Shown: in pieces, positions 51,365-60,743 of the stretch
How the letters are laid out: each line of letters starts with the position of its first letter
How positions within the stretch are numbered: the stretch's first letter is position 1
Origin: Promethearchaeota archaeon
GTDB taxonomy: Archaea; Asgardarchaeota; Lokiarchaeia; Sigyniarchaeales; SOKP01
Direction of reading: 5' to 3'
DNA: 61,308 nt
Assembly (NCBI GenBank): GCA_016839705.1
Contig: JAEOTR010000003.1
Location: 1 to 61,308 of the forward strand
Notes under the pieces: generated by a model
Database searches by the model: none
What the model saw: only the letters and a program-made list of their open reading frames with translations
What the model was told of the DNA's origin: nothing
Made by a program: the position numbers and the translations under genes

Positions 51365-53836
51365 TTATTCACATATTAAACTAAATATTGGTTCGTCCAT
51401 TTCAGGATCAACATTCATCTCAACTTGCATTAATTGTGTCAATCGAAGGGCTTCATAGCGTACTTTTGTAGCTTCTAAGTTTAAGTTTTTTGCCATATTA
51501 CTTATAGTCGTTGGTCCTTGAAGAGTAATATAATCTAAGACTTGTTGTCTTGGTGTTTTTTCAAATGTAAGGAGTTCGCGTTTAGATTTAAGATTGATTG
51601 CTTCATTAATTACCTCCTCGTTTACTTTTCCCTCTTCAAATAATCCCTTATTAATTGCATCATCTAAAATTTCTTTTCCTTTATCAGTCCACGCAACTAT
51701 TGTAGTATATCCTTTTTCAGAACCAACTTCTCCGGCAGTTATATCAGAATAAATGGCAGGAAAATCTTGACAGTGAGAACAGAAATTATTACAACTTAAA
51801 CATCTACGTGCTTCTTGTAGTGCCATATCTTCATTAAATTGGTGTTCGATCTCTTCAAAACTCCACGCTATTTCTTGAGTAGCTTCTTCTAAAGTTTCAG
51901 GCTTTGGTGAATAATCTTTTGGGGGTTTTTTTGGGCCAGTAAAGAACATTCTATTTTGCAGATACCTTCCCTCCATTAAATCTTCACCTTTAAGATACCT
52001 ATCAATTGAAAACGCCGCTTCTTTTCCATGAGCTATTGCAGCAATTGCCACTGCTTTTGAGTTATTAATAATATCTCCTCCCGCAAATACTCCTGGAATG
52101 TTTGTTTCAAAACTGATCTCGTTAACTTTTATTTTATTGTGTTCTTTTTCTAGTTTATTCTCAGTCGCAGCATCAATTTGATCAAAATCAACAGCTTGAC
52201 CAACAGCAATTACAATCGAATTGGTTACAATTTCATATTCTGAATCTTTAACCTTATTTATCGGTCTTTTTCCATTTTCATCAGGTGATCCCCATTCTAT
52301 TTTATAGGAGTTTAGCACTAAATTACCATCGGTATTTTGAGTAATTTTAGATGTTGAGGTAGTGAAATGATATTCCATAAATTCAAGCTCATTTTCCGGT
52401 ATTTCTTTTAACACTAATTCAAGTTGTTCTTCTGTCATGATATCAACAAGATGAACTTTAGCTGCACCTAATCTGAGAGCTGTTTGAGCTACATCAACAG
52501 CAACCGGACCACCACCAATTATTCCTACTGTTTTGTCTTTAAATTCTTCATTATTTTCCCAGTACCTGTACTTTCTATCCATAAGAAATGTAATTGCAAC
52601 ATGAACATTAGGAAGCTCCTCTCCCTCTAAATGTAAAGTTCGTGGTTTATATTGTCCTGTTGCGATAAAAATTGCTTCAAATCCATCATTTTTTAAATCA
52701 TCAAGAGTCATTTCAGGTCCTAATGGTTTATTCAAGACTATTTCTACTCCTGAATTTTTAATCATGTTAACGTCATAATCTAATACATAATTTGGTAATC
52801 TAAATTGTGGTACACCGAATCTTAGCATCCCTCCGGTCTGATCAGTCTTTTCAAATATAGTTGGAACATATCCCATCCCTCGCAAGAAATATCCCGCGGT
52901 TAATCCAGCTGGACCTGCCCCAATAATTGCCACTTTTTTAGCATTCTTCTTAGTTTTAATTGTAGATTTTGACTTGGATTTGATATCCTGTTTAATCTCC
53001 CATTCGGTAACAAATTTCTTTAATTCCCGAATTGCAACTGGATGGTCATTACCTATCAAAGTACACCCATGCTCACATTCATTAGTACAAATTCTTCCAC
53101 ATATCGATGGAAGCGGGTTTGCTTCACGAATTAAATCTACAGCATCTTGATACTTACCTTGCCTAATCAAAGAAATATATCCTTGGGCATTTACTCCTGA
53201 TGGGCAACCATTACAGCATGGTGAGCATGCTAATCCTCTATCAGTATGCTCTGTTCGCATTTGAGAATTACAGAATAAGCCAATTTTCAAGATTTCTCTA
53301 TTCATCTCTTCCTCTAATTCAGCAGCACCTCTCATTTCACATGGGACACCAACAATCCCTACCGGTTCAAAAGTTTTTCCTACTAGATCTACTAATTTTT
53401 GTAGAACGCCTGAACGTCCATAAACAACACCTGCCTTATTTACGACATCATCTGGATCAGAAACTGTATCTGCTTCCGGTTTATCATCAGTATCTTGAAC
53501 CATCACAATTTCAGCGAGTGATTGCGTATCAAGTAGTTCCTTTGCTAGGGTTGTAACCACACCACCATTAGCCGCTTTTGCTAATATTTCAGGATTTTTA
53601 CTTCTTAATGAATAAATCGCTTTCGGTTGTTTTTGCTTAAATTTTTTCTGAATAACTTGAGGACAATCTTGGTAACATTTTCCGCAATCTTGCCCATTTC
53701 TTTCAAGGATACAAAAATCTTTTAGTGTTGGTCGTAGTATATCCATTTGTATATGCTTACATGAACCAGCACACAATCCACATCCTTGACATAATCCAGT
53801 TTCAATAATTTCTTTTTCTAATAATTCAAAACTCAT
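51365..53836 (-). CDS. Chimeric flavoprotein: ferredoxin + FrhB-like domain interrupted by a GltD/NfnB-like FAD/NAD module + C-terminal winged helix
   Basis: GGVVT, GIVGVPCE, IGLFC (FrhB); insert PC..GCP, NPLPSICGRIC, GAGPAG, GVPQFRLP, GGGPVAVD, FAGGD, EARRCL; FrhB resumes at CSHCQDF..YSDITAG.VGS.KGYTTIV. Confidence 0.8.
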   Translation of the reverse strand: MSFELLEKEIIETGLCQGCGLCAGSCKHIQMDILRPTLKDFCILERNGQDCGKCYQDCPQVIQKKFKQKQPKAIYSLRSKNPEILAKAANGGVVTTLAKELLDTQSLAEIVMVQDTDDKPEADTVSDPDDVVNKAGVVYGRSGVLQKLVDLVGKTFEPVGIVGVPCEMRGAAELEEEMNREILKIGLFCNSQMRTEHTDRGLACSPCCNGCPSGVNAQGYISLIRQGKYQDAVDLIREANPLPSICGRICTNECEHGCTLIGNDHPVAIRELKKFVTEWEIKQDIKSKSKSTIKTKKNAKKVAIIGAGPAGLTAGYFLRGMGYVPTIFEKTDQTGGMLRFGVPQFRLPNYVLDYDVNMIKNSGVEIVLNKPLGPEMTLDDLKNDGFEAIFIATGQYKPRTLHLEGEELPNVHVAITFLMDRKYRYWENNEEFKDKTVGIIGGGPVAVDVAQTALRLGAAKVHLVDIMTEEQLELVLKEIPENELEFMEYHFTTSTSKITQNTDGNLVLNSYKIEWGSPDENGKRPINKVKDSEYEIVTNSIVIAVGQAVDFDQIDAATENKLEKEHNKIKVNEISFETNIPGVFAGGDIINNSKAVAIAAIAHGKEAAFSIDRYLKGEDLMEGRYLQNRMFFTGPKKPPKDYSPKPETLEEATQEIAWSFEEIEHQFNEDMALQEARRCLSCNNFCSHCQDFPAIYSDITAGEVGSEKGYTTIVAWTDKGKEILDDAINKGLFEEGKVNEEVINEAINLKSKRELLTFEKTPRQQVLDYITLQGPTTISNMAKNLNLEATKVRYEALRLTQLMQVEMNVDPEMDEPIFSLICE

Positions 53837-53838
53837 AA

Positions 53839-55074
53839 TTATCCCTCTGTTATTTTAACTTCTTTAATTACTCCTTCAGAGTCTATACTATATTCTACAG
53901 AACCGTTTTTATAGGTCCCCTCTACCACTTCAAAAATGTGGGTTTTATAATCATCAAAATTATCATTATCATCTATTTGCGATTTGAATCCACCAAAAAA
54001 TATGTTGGAAAGGTTCATATTCCCTGCAATTTGACGAATTTCTTCCGTGATTTCTTTATATTGTGTCGCATCTTCATTCTCTATTGCCTTTTGAAGTCTT
54101 TCTTCTAACTTTAACAGCTCCTCTCGATATCTTTTTGTTTGTTCACTGACTTCAATTTGATTTGCTTTTTCATATGTTTCAATGATCTTAAGAGTAAGTG
54201 AAATTGATTTCTCACCACCTAATAATCCCGTTATTAAGGGTAATTCTTCAATCAATCGTCCTGAAAATAAATCTTCTAAGAGAGATCCTGAAGAGGGAAT
54301 CCTTCCTTTAGGTAAACCAGATGTTGGCAATGTAAATCTAAAGAAATTCCCTAAAATATCAGGTAGACTTCGAGTGACATCATCCTCTTCATCAGCTAAT
54401 TTATCTGTCGCTCCTTTTTCAGAATGCTCCGTAGCAACTTCAATATTTCCCATAAGAGTTCCAAACATTCCTAACATACGGATACCAGATCTTTCTACTA
54501 ATTCTTTACAGCCCCTACATGGTGTATTGTAATTAATACATCTTTCTTTACATTCACGAGAGACAAAACCATTACAGAGAAATCCTAAGTCATTAAAACA
54601 TGTTTCTTCATCTTCAAGCTCAATTTGACGATGTACTTCATCCAAGTAATCACAGGTGGCTCTTCTTGTGCATAAATCACATAACTTTTTCGGTTTCTTT
54701 GGTACCTCTTCATTAATTACTGAAAGTAATTCATCGATTTCTCCTAAACATCCTTCCACTTCAATGACATCATTATCGAAAGTTCTTAAGGGAGTAACTT
54801 CATGGCCATGCTGGTTTGCTAACGCAAAAACTCCACCGGTGACTGTACAACTCCCATACGCAATAACTTTTTTCGCATTTGATCTTATTTTAAGTACCTG
54901 TTCCTTATCATTCGGTAATAAATATCCTGTTAATACAGCAGTTTCTATTTTTTCTTCTTTCCAGTTTTTAGGATCTTTTATATATTCAACATTATATTCT
55001 GAATTTAATTTCAACAGTAAGGATTCATTAAAACATTTATTACATCCATTAAATTGAAAAATTTTAACATCCAT
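53839..55074 (-). CDS. MvhG/FrhG-like Fe-S subunit with helical C-terminal extension
   Basis: GCNKC, AYGSCTVTGGV, EGC, LCDLC, CF...G.LC.G, C...C....PCRGC. Confidence 0.75.
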   Translation of the reverse strand: MDVKIFQFNGCNKCFNESLLLKLNSEYNVEYIKDPKNWKEEKIETAVLTGYLLPNDKEQVLKIRSNAKKVIAYGSCTVTGGVFALANQHGHEVTPLRTFDNDVIEVEGCLGEIDELLSVINEEVPKKPKKLCDLCTRRATCDYLDEVHRQIELEDEETCFNDLGFLCNGFVSRECKERCINYNTPCRGCKELVERSGIRMLGMFGTLMGNIEVATEHSEKGATDKLADEEDDVTRSLPDILGNFFRFTLPTSGLPKGRIPSSGSLLEDLFSGRLIEELPLITGLLGGEKSISLTLKIIETYEKANQIEVSEQTKRYREELLKLEERLQKAIENEDATQYKEITEEIRQIAGNMNLSNIFFGGFKSQIDDNDNFDDYKTHIFEVVEGTYKNGSVEYSIDSEGVIKEVKITEG

Positions 55075-55516
55075 CTTTTATCGTACCCTCCTCTTTAATA
55101 GCATTTGATAATCGCTCTACAATATCTTCAAAATCTCCTACAGAAGTCTCTCCTTCAGCAGCTCTAGAGGTATATTGATTTACGAATTGATCACTATATC
55201 CTAATTCTTTGAATACTTTTTTCATAAGTTTGATTCTGTGCATTGATAAGATGTTTCCGTTAAAGAAATGACACGCACCTAAACAACATCCCACACATGC
55301 TACTGCATCAGCACCATTATTTAAAGCATCCATTATTTGTGTAGGTCCAACCTGACCAGTACATTGAACTCGAATAATTCTAATCGCTGGGTCATATGCC
55401 ATTCTTGCAACTCCTGCTGTATTTGCCGATCCCTGACCACACTCGTTACACATGAAAACTACTAAATTCTGAATCTTCTCTCTAATATTTTCATCTATAG
55501 TTTCACAGTCACTCAT
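55064..55516 (-). CDS. mvhD: MvhD-like [2Fe-2S] subunit
   Basis: FMCNEC, IRIIRVQCTG, GADAV..VGC..G.CHFFNGN; ATG at 55516 overlaps the hdrA TGA. Confidence 0.9.
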   Translation of the reverse strand: MSDCETIDENIREKIQNLVVFMCNECGQGSANTAGVARMAYDPAIRIIRVQCTGQVGPTQIMDALNNGADAVACVGCCLGACHFFNGNILSMHRIKLMKKVFKELGYSDQFVNQYTSRAAEGETSVGDFEDIVERLSNAIKEEGTIKDGC

Positions 55517-57543
55517 TCGCAAATAGCACCTCCGCCAGATACGGCAATTATTTCATCTAACAATTGATCATCACTAAAATTTATTAATTGAATTGCTCCT
55601 GTAGGACATGCCGGCATACACATACCGCACGATTTACATGCAATCTCATTTACAGTTGGTACTCCATTTTCATCAATATCAATAGCTGCTGGAGCGCATA
55701 TGGTTTTACAAAGTCCACAATTTACACATAAATCATAATCGATTGAAGGCACTAACATTTCTTTTTCAATGTAACCCTTAACTAAGGGGGCAGCAGCTAA
55801 CGCAGCAGCACTTCCAGCATGAGCTACGGTTTCAGAGATGTCTTTAGGCCCTTGAATTGTACCTGCAAGAAAAACTCCTCCCTTACTACTTAACGTAGGA
55901 TTCATCTTGATATGGAATTCTTTTAAGAAACCTTCTTTTGATCGTAATATATGAAGCTTAGAGCCAAGTGGACCAATTCCTTCTGGAGGAACCATAGCCG
56001 CAGAAAGTACTACTAAATCCGCCTTCAGTTGTAAAGGAGTTTGAGTTAGCGTATCTTCAACAATGACATTTAATTCACCCGAAATTGGGTCTTTAACGAT
56101 TTCTGATGGTCTTCCGCGTATAAATCTGACTCCAATTTCTTGGGCCGATTTATATAATTCTTCAAAGTTTAATCCAGGTGTTCTTACATCAATATAACAA
56201 ATCGAAACATCAGTTTCAGGATACATTTCTTTAATAATTCTCGCATTTTTGATTCCGAATTTACAACATACACCCGTACAATATTTATTCCCGACTTGGT
56301 CGTTTCTACTTCCTACGCATTGAATCATAACAACACTCTTAGGAATTTTCCCATCAGATGGTCGTAATACTTGACTATTAGTCAACGAAGTTGGTGATAA
56401 CATCCGCTCTAGTTTTAATTGGGTAATAACATCTTCATACCCTTCTTGATTGTAATGATACGGTTCAATTTCACTCGGATCATATTCATCAAATCCAGCA
56501 GCAACTATGATTGAGCCAACTTTTACGGTTTTTGTCTCCGCTTCCATAGAAAAATCGATTGCTTGAACAGGACAAATGTTAATACATGTATTACATTCAA
56601 TGCAATTTTTTTTATCTCTCACGTATGTCGCTGGTATCGCTTGAGGATAAGCCTTATAAATAGCATTCCTCATCGACATCCCCTTATCCCATTCGCTTGG
56701 TACTTCTACAGGACAGTGGGCTGCGCATTCTCCACAAGACGTACAATTATCTTTCACGTATCTTGGTTTTATTTCAATTTCAACTTCAAAATTGCCTAAT
56801 GAACCATCTACAGTCTTAATTTGAGCGTTGGTATAAAGTTCTATTAACGGGTGGTTCGCAACTCCATTTGTTAGTGGTGAAATTGAACACTGTGGACATT
56901 CTAAAGTTGGGAATGTTTTATTTAATCGAGTCATATGTCCTCCTATAGTAGAATTTTTTTCTACTAAAACTACAGGAATTCCTAATTCTGCCATGTCATA
57001 AGCTGATCTAAGACCAGCGATTCCAGCTCCGATAACCAATGCTTTTTTAGTCGTGGGTACTCTTCTCGTTTCAACATCTTCTAATTTTCTCGATCTATTT
57101 ACCCCAGCTTCAACTAATCTCATGGCTTTTTCAGTTGCTTTTTCTTTTTCTTTTTGATGAACCCAACTATCGTATTCTCTCACATTAACTTGCTGATGAC
57201 GATGTTTGTTCAATCCAACTTCTTCAATAGCTTTAGCAAAAGTCCTTCCATGTTGATTTTTTGAGCATGACGCAACCACTGTTCTATTAACTCCCAATTC
57301 TTCAATTGAATCTTTAACCATCTGTACTCCCGGTTTGGAACACATAAACATATAATGCTCAGCCTTTACCACGTTTGGTAATGTTGAAGCATAGTCCGCA
57401 ACTTTAGCAACGTCCACAGTGCCGGCAATGTTATGTCCACAGTGACACACGAATACTCCTATTCGTGGTTCTTCGTCTTCTCCAGTCTCAACCTTTTCCC
57501 CTAAACGTTCGGTTTCCTTAACTTTTCCTTCTTTTACAGTCAA
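55513..57543 (-). CDS. hdrA: Heterodisulfide reductase subunit A
   Basis: IGVFVCHCG.NI, GAGIAG, KTFPTLEC..C, inserted ferredoxin, QCVGSR, YCTGVCC, GPKDI, C-terminal ferredoxin; start moved to the TTG at 57543 after GAGGAGG. Confidence 0.95.
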   Translation of the reverse strand: MTVKEGKVKETERLGEKVETGEDEEPRIGVFVCHCGHNIAGTVDVAKVADYASTLPNVVKAEHYMFMCSKPGVQMVKDSIEELGVNRTVVASCSKNQHGRTFAKAIEEVGLNKHRHQQVNVREYDSWVHQKEKEKATEKAMRLVEAGVNRSRKLEDVETRRVPTTKKALVIGAGIAGLRSAYDMAELGIPVVLVEKNSTIGGHMTRLNKTFPTLECPQCSISPLTNGVANHPLIELYTNAQIKTVDGSLGNFEVEIEIKPRYVKDNCTSCGECAAHCPVEVPSEWDKGMSMRNAIYKAYPQAIPATYVRDKKNCIECNTCINICPVQAIDFSMEAETKTVKVGSIIVAAGFDEYDPSEIEPYHYNQEGYEDVITQLKLERMLSPTSLTNSQVLRPSDGKIPKSVVMIQCVGSRNDQVGNKYCTGVCCKFGIKNARIIKEMYPETDVSICYIDVRTPGLNFEELYKSAQEIGVRFIRGRPSEIVKDPISGELNVIVEDTLTQTPLQLKADLVVLSAAMVPPEGIGPLGSKLHILRSKEGFLKEFHIKMNPTLSSKGGVFLAGTIQGPKDISETVAHAGSAAALAAAPLVKGYIEKEMLVPSIDYDLCVNCGLCKTICAPAAIDIDENGVPTVNEIACKSCGMCMPACPTGAIQLINFSDDQLLDEIIAVSGGGAICE

Positions 57544-57544
57544 G

Positions 57545-58462
57545 TTAAATTGCCTCCTCTTCTTTTTGTACTTCTTCTCCCCCAAAAATATACTCCTTAC
57601 CCATTAATTGGTATTGAAGACCAACAAACTCTTGATCCATACCCATACAATAAGCAGTAAGTTGAGAGAGATGAATAACTGGATAATCATAATTACATTC
57701 TTTATTTTTATTTAGATAATCCTGACCCGTCTCATATTGTAAATGACAAAATGGACAGATGTCAAGTATAAAGTCAGGTTTCACTTCATCAATATTCTTC
57801 ATCTTTTCTCCGAAAATCGTCATACTTGCAGTTCCATCGTATGCTTTTACTCCTCCACCAGCACCGCAACATGTAAGTTGCTCTTTGAACCTAACAGATT
57901 CAATACCTAATGCTTCCACGAATTCTTCTATGATTGTTGGCCCTTCAGAACTTTCAATTTCTCTAATCCTCGTAGGCTTTAAGAAATGACATCCATAATG
58001 TATCGCTGCTTTTGCATTTAATTTTCTGACTAATAAGTCTTCTATTCCCCATGGTCCAACTTCATAACCTAATACTTCAGCTACATGTCTTACATCAATT
58101 GTTCCTTTAAATTCATAATCTCCGATTAGTTTCAATCTTTCATTGACCATTTCTCGATGCTCTTCATTTCCCTTTAAGTATTTGTTGACTTCTTGAAGTG
58201 TACCAAAGCATCCATTACATACTGTTAGTATATCTGCATCTAATTGTTCTGCTATACATAAATTTCTTGCAGCTGAAACCATCCAATCAACCTTGTTAAA
58301 AGATCGAAAGACTCCCGGAGCTGGACAACATGTTGCCCTTTCCATGTCTAGAAGGTCATAACCTAACTTATCCATAACATATTTAGTTGCTTTCTCTATT
58401 GCTGGATACCGATTTGGCATCAGACATCCCAGAAAGAAAGCAAATGTATTATCTTTTACCAT
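57545..58462 (-). CDS. hdrB: Heterodisulfide reductase subunit B
   Basis: FLGC, TCCPAPG, TVCNGC, HYGCH..KP, CCGAGGGV, CPFCHLQ: both CCG domains intact. Confidence 0.95.
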   Translation of the reverse strand: MVKDNTFAFFLGCLMPNRYPAIEKATKYVMDKLGYDLLDMERATCCPAPGVFRSFNKVDWMVSAARNLCIAEQLDADILTVCNGCFGTLQEVNKYLKGNEEHREMVNERLKLIGDYEFKGTIDVRHVAEVLGYEVGPWGIEDLLVRKLNAKAAIHYGCHFLKPTRIREIESSEGPTIIEEFVEALGIESVRFKEQLTCCGAGGGVKAYDGTASMTIFGEKMKNIDEVKPDFILDICPFCHLQYETGQDYLNKNKECNYDYPVIHLSQLTAYCMGMDQEFVGLQYQLMGKEYIFGGEEVQKEEEAI

Positions 58463-58474
58463 AATAATTTCCTC

Positions 58475-59017
58475 CTACTTTTCCTCTTCCTCCTCTTCAG
58501 GAGGTAAATCAAAAAAATTCTTTTTTATTTTATCTAAATCATTATCTTCTTCCTCCTTATACTTAAACATTGTAGGAGGAAGTTCGTCTAAACCTAATTC
58601 AACTCTTCGTTTTCTTACTTCGTCATTTATGGGTACCGCATGACCAAAATTCTTTAGATACCCAACAACGGCTCTATGATTTTTCGAAATATTGCCTAAT
58701 TTTGTAGCATAATTTCTGAGCTCCATTATCACATCAGTTGGCCGAACATCCCTCGGACATCGTTCATAACATTGATAACATGTAGTACAAAGCCAGATAT
58801 CAGGATCTTTTAATACTGATAAATCTCCCAAGACAACTTTTCTAATAATCGATCGAGTTTTTAAGGCAGTCCATCTACCACTTTCGCAACTTGCCGTACA
58901 TGTCCCGCATTGAATGCACTGCCAGATATTAGATTTTCTCTCAATATTCTTAAAAAATTCTTTATCAAAATCTTCGTCTGTCTTAAATTCCCTTGCCTCT
59001 TCTTTTACATCAGACGT
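58475..59017 (-). CDS. hdrC: Heterodisulfide reductase subunit C (apparent ACG start)
   Basis: Frame extends 62 codons upstream of the ORF-track start and adds WQCIQCGTCTASC to WLCTTCYQCYERCPR; it begins ACG TCT GAT after AAGGTGA and in-frame TGA TAA. Confidence 0.9.
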   Translation of the reverse strand, partial: TSDVKEEAREFKTDEDFDKEFFKNIERKSNIWQCIQCGTCTASCESGRWTALKTRSIIRKVVLGDLSVLKDPDIWLCTTCYQCYERCPRDVRPTDVIMELRNYATKLGNISKNHRAVVGYLKNFGHAVPINDEVRKRRVELGLDELPPTMFKYKEEEDNDLDKIKKNFFDLPPEEEEEEK

Positions 59018-59076
59018 TTATCATCACCTTTGCTTGAAATTAAAAAAAAAAAAATTGTGTTTATTAGTTATTTATT

Positions 59077-59508
59077 TTATAGTGAGACTATTCTTCCGCC
59101 TTCACTCATTTCTAAAAACGATGCGGCACCAACAGGGTCTTCGGCTTCTTCGATTATATCTTTATGTTTAATTCCCATTAATTGCATGGTCATTTCACAT
59201 GGATATAACTTCATATTGCCATTTTCAATTGCTTCCTTAATTAAACCCCATGGATCTTCAATTCCAAATTTCTTTAGCCTTTTGGTAAACATTTTCGCTG
59301 CCATACCCTTCATTGGGAAAGGCATTCCAGCAACCTTTGGTTTTTTACCTTTTTTCAAAAGCTCTAAACCCCAAAAAGTAAAGAAAAAGTTCATTTTCAT
59401 ATCCATAGCGTCTCCCGTTGTACCAAGGATCATCATCATTGCGAATTTTTCGAATGACTTATCCTTAACAATAAAATTTATTGTTCCGTTTCCATTATTT
59501 TCAGCCAT
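59077..59508 (-). CDS. DsrE2-like (DsrE/DrsE family) sulfurtransferase
   Basis: FFTFWGL.LLKK, LYPCEMTM.LMG, GAASFL; ATG at 59508 after AAGGTGG. Confidence 0.85.
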   Translation of the reverse strand: MAENNGNGTINFIVKDKSFEKFAMMMILGTTGDAMDMKMNFFFTFWGLELLKKGKKPKVAGMPFPMKGMAAKMFTKRLKKFGIEDPWGLIKEAIENGNMKLYPCEMTMQLMGIKHKDIIEEAEDPVGAASFLEMSEGGRIVSL

Positions 59509-59614
59509 ACTTTCCACCTTTTTTCGAAAATTTGGTTTTTTATTTTATTTTATTATTTTTTTCTATTTTTGACGTCAAAAAATTGACCATTATTTTTTTA
59601 AAATTTTTGTTAAC

Positions 59615-59956
59615 CTACATCCACGATATAACTTTTGGGGTATTGTCGATAATATCTATAAGATCATCGTATTCTATTGATTCCACCTTCTTATGAATAA
59701 ATTCTGGTCTAATTCCGCGTGAGATAATATCTCCAATCATCGCAAATACAACAATATCTAAATTAAGGAGCTCTTCCATCAGTTTTGGTATTGTTCCCAT
59801 TGTTGATATTCCTATTACTCCATCCTGAATTAAAACTAACCCAAGTTTCGTGTCTTTTTTGAGTTGACTTTTTAAAATTGGTAATAATCTTCTTAGATGA
59901 TTCCCTGTCATTTCACTAAATCCAAATAAGTATATTACATCAAGTTTGTCTGCCAT
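59615..59956 (-). CDS. DsrH/TusB-like sulfur relay protein
   Basis: VLIQDGV, D..SRG, I.YDDLID.I....VISW. Confidence 0.8.
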   Translation of the reverse strand: MADKLDVIYLFGFSEMTGNHLRRLLPILKSQLKKDTKLGLVLIQDGVIGISTMGTIPKLMEELLNLDIVVFAMIGDIISRGIRPEFIHKKVESIEYDDLIDIIDNTPKVISWM

Positions 59957-59971
59957 TTTTTTTATCCTCCA

Positions 59972-60340
59972 TTAATATCTAAAAGTTGTATCTGCATTTT
60001 CTATTAAATCCGTTAATTCGTCGTAATTAATGACTTTCAAATTCTCATATTCCACTAAATCATCCTTCGTCATACCCGCATCTTTTAATGCAGATTCGAT
60101 AATATACACCTCTAAATCAGACAAATCCGCAATTTCCAACACTTCATCCAATGAATCCATTCCCACTGTTTCCGGATTACAACTCTTATTAAATAAATAT
60201 ACCGCATTACCCGTAAGTACGATTTTACAATCTATATGTTCTCCTAATGCTGTAAATCCAGATCCAATTCGAATTGCTTCAATTGCCGAATTTTTCCCAA
60301 TTGGGGATTGATCACTTATAATCACTACAGATTCTATCAT
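59972..60340 (-). CDS. DsrF/TusC-like sulfur relay protein
   Basis: SPIG...A.EAIR, GNAVY, VY..ESAL...G, LIENAD. Confidence 0.75.
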   Translation of the reverse strand: MIESVVIISDQSPIGKNSAIEAIRIGSGFTALGEHIDCKIVLTGNAVYLFNKSCNPETVGMDSLDEVLEIADLSDLEVYIIESALKDAGMTKDDLVEYENLKVINYDELTDLIENADTTFRY

Positions 60341-60346
60341 AGTTTT

Positions 60347-60715
60347 TTAACCACCTGCTCCAAACACAATCATTTTATCAGCATTTATTGCCCAATTTGA
60401 AAAATCTCCTAATCCTTCCTCAGTTGCCCCTTCAATGAATTCTTGTTCTTTTAAACCTGTTATACTCACCCATGTACTACAACCTGCAACTGGAATATTG
60501 TTTTCAGTGCTAAATTTCTCAATTTTCTCAGGTATATTTCTTATCGAAGTTCCACAACTAATCTCTTTCTTTAGATTGTAGACACCAGTTCCGAAGAAAA
60601 ATATTCCACCTATTTCATTCCCCTTTCGAAGTACTGCTTTTCCCATTTCTACCAAAGTATCAACAGCTTGGTACTTGTAAGGTTCAGTGCTAATAAAAAA
60701 TACATATTTAGCCAT
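60347..60715 (-). CDS. DsrE/TusD-like sulfurtransferase
   Basis: PY, A.LRKG, IFFFGTGVYN, AGCST (conserved Cys), GL.D......ADKMI.F; start at ATG 60715. Confidence 0.8.
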   Translation of the reverse strand: MAKYVFFISTEPYKYQAVDTLVEMGKAVLRKGNEIGGIFFFGTGVYNLKKEISCGTSIRNIPEKIEKFSTENNIPVAGCSTWVSITGLKEQEFIEGATEEGLGDFSNWAINADKMIVFGAGG

Positions 60716-60743
60716 AGTTTTACTTAACTCCGTGTTATATGTT

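Noticed and set aside
55064-57543. Selenocysteine recoding in HdrA or MvhD, known selenoproteins in some archaea
   Set aside because: Both frames are uninterrupted and have Cys at the relevant motifs (VVASCS, CNEC, VGCC..ACH); no in-frame TGA
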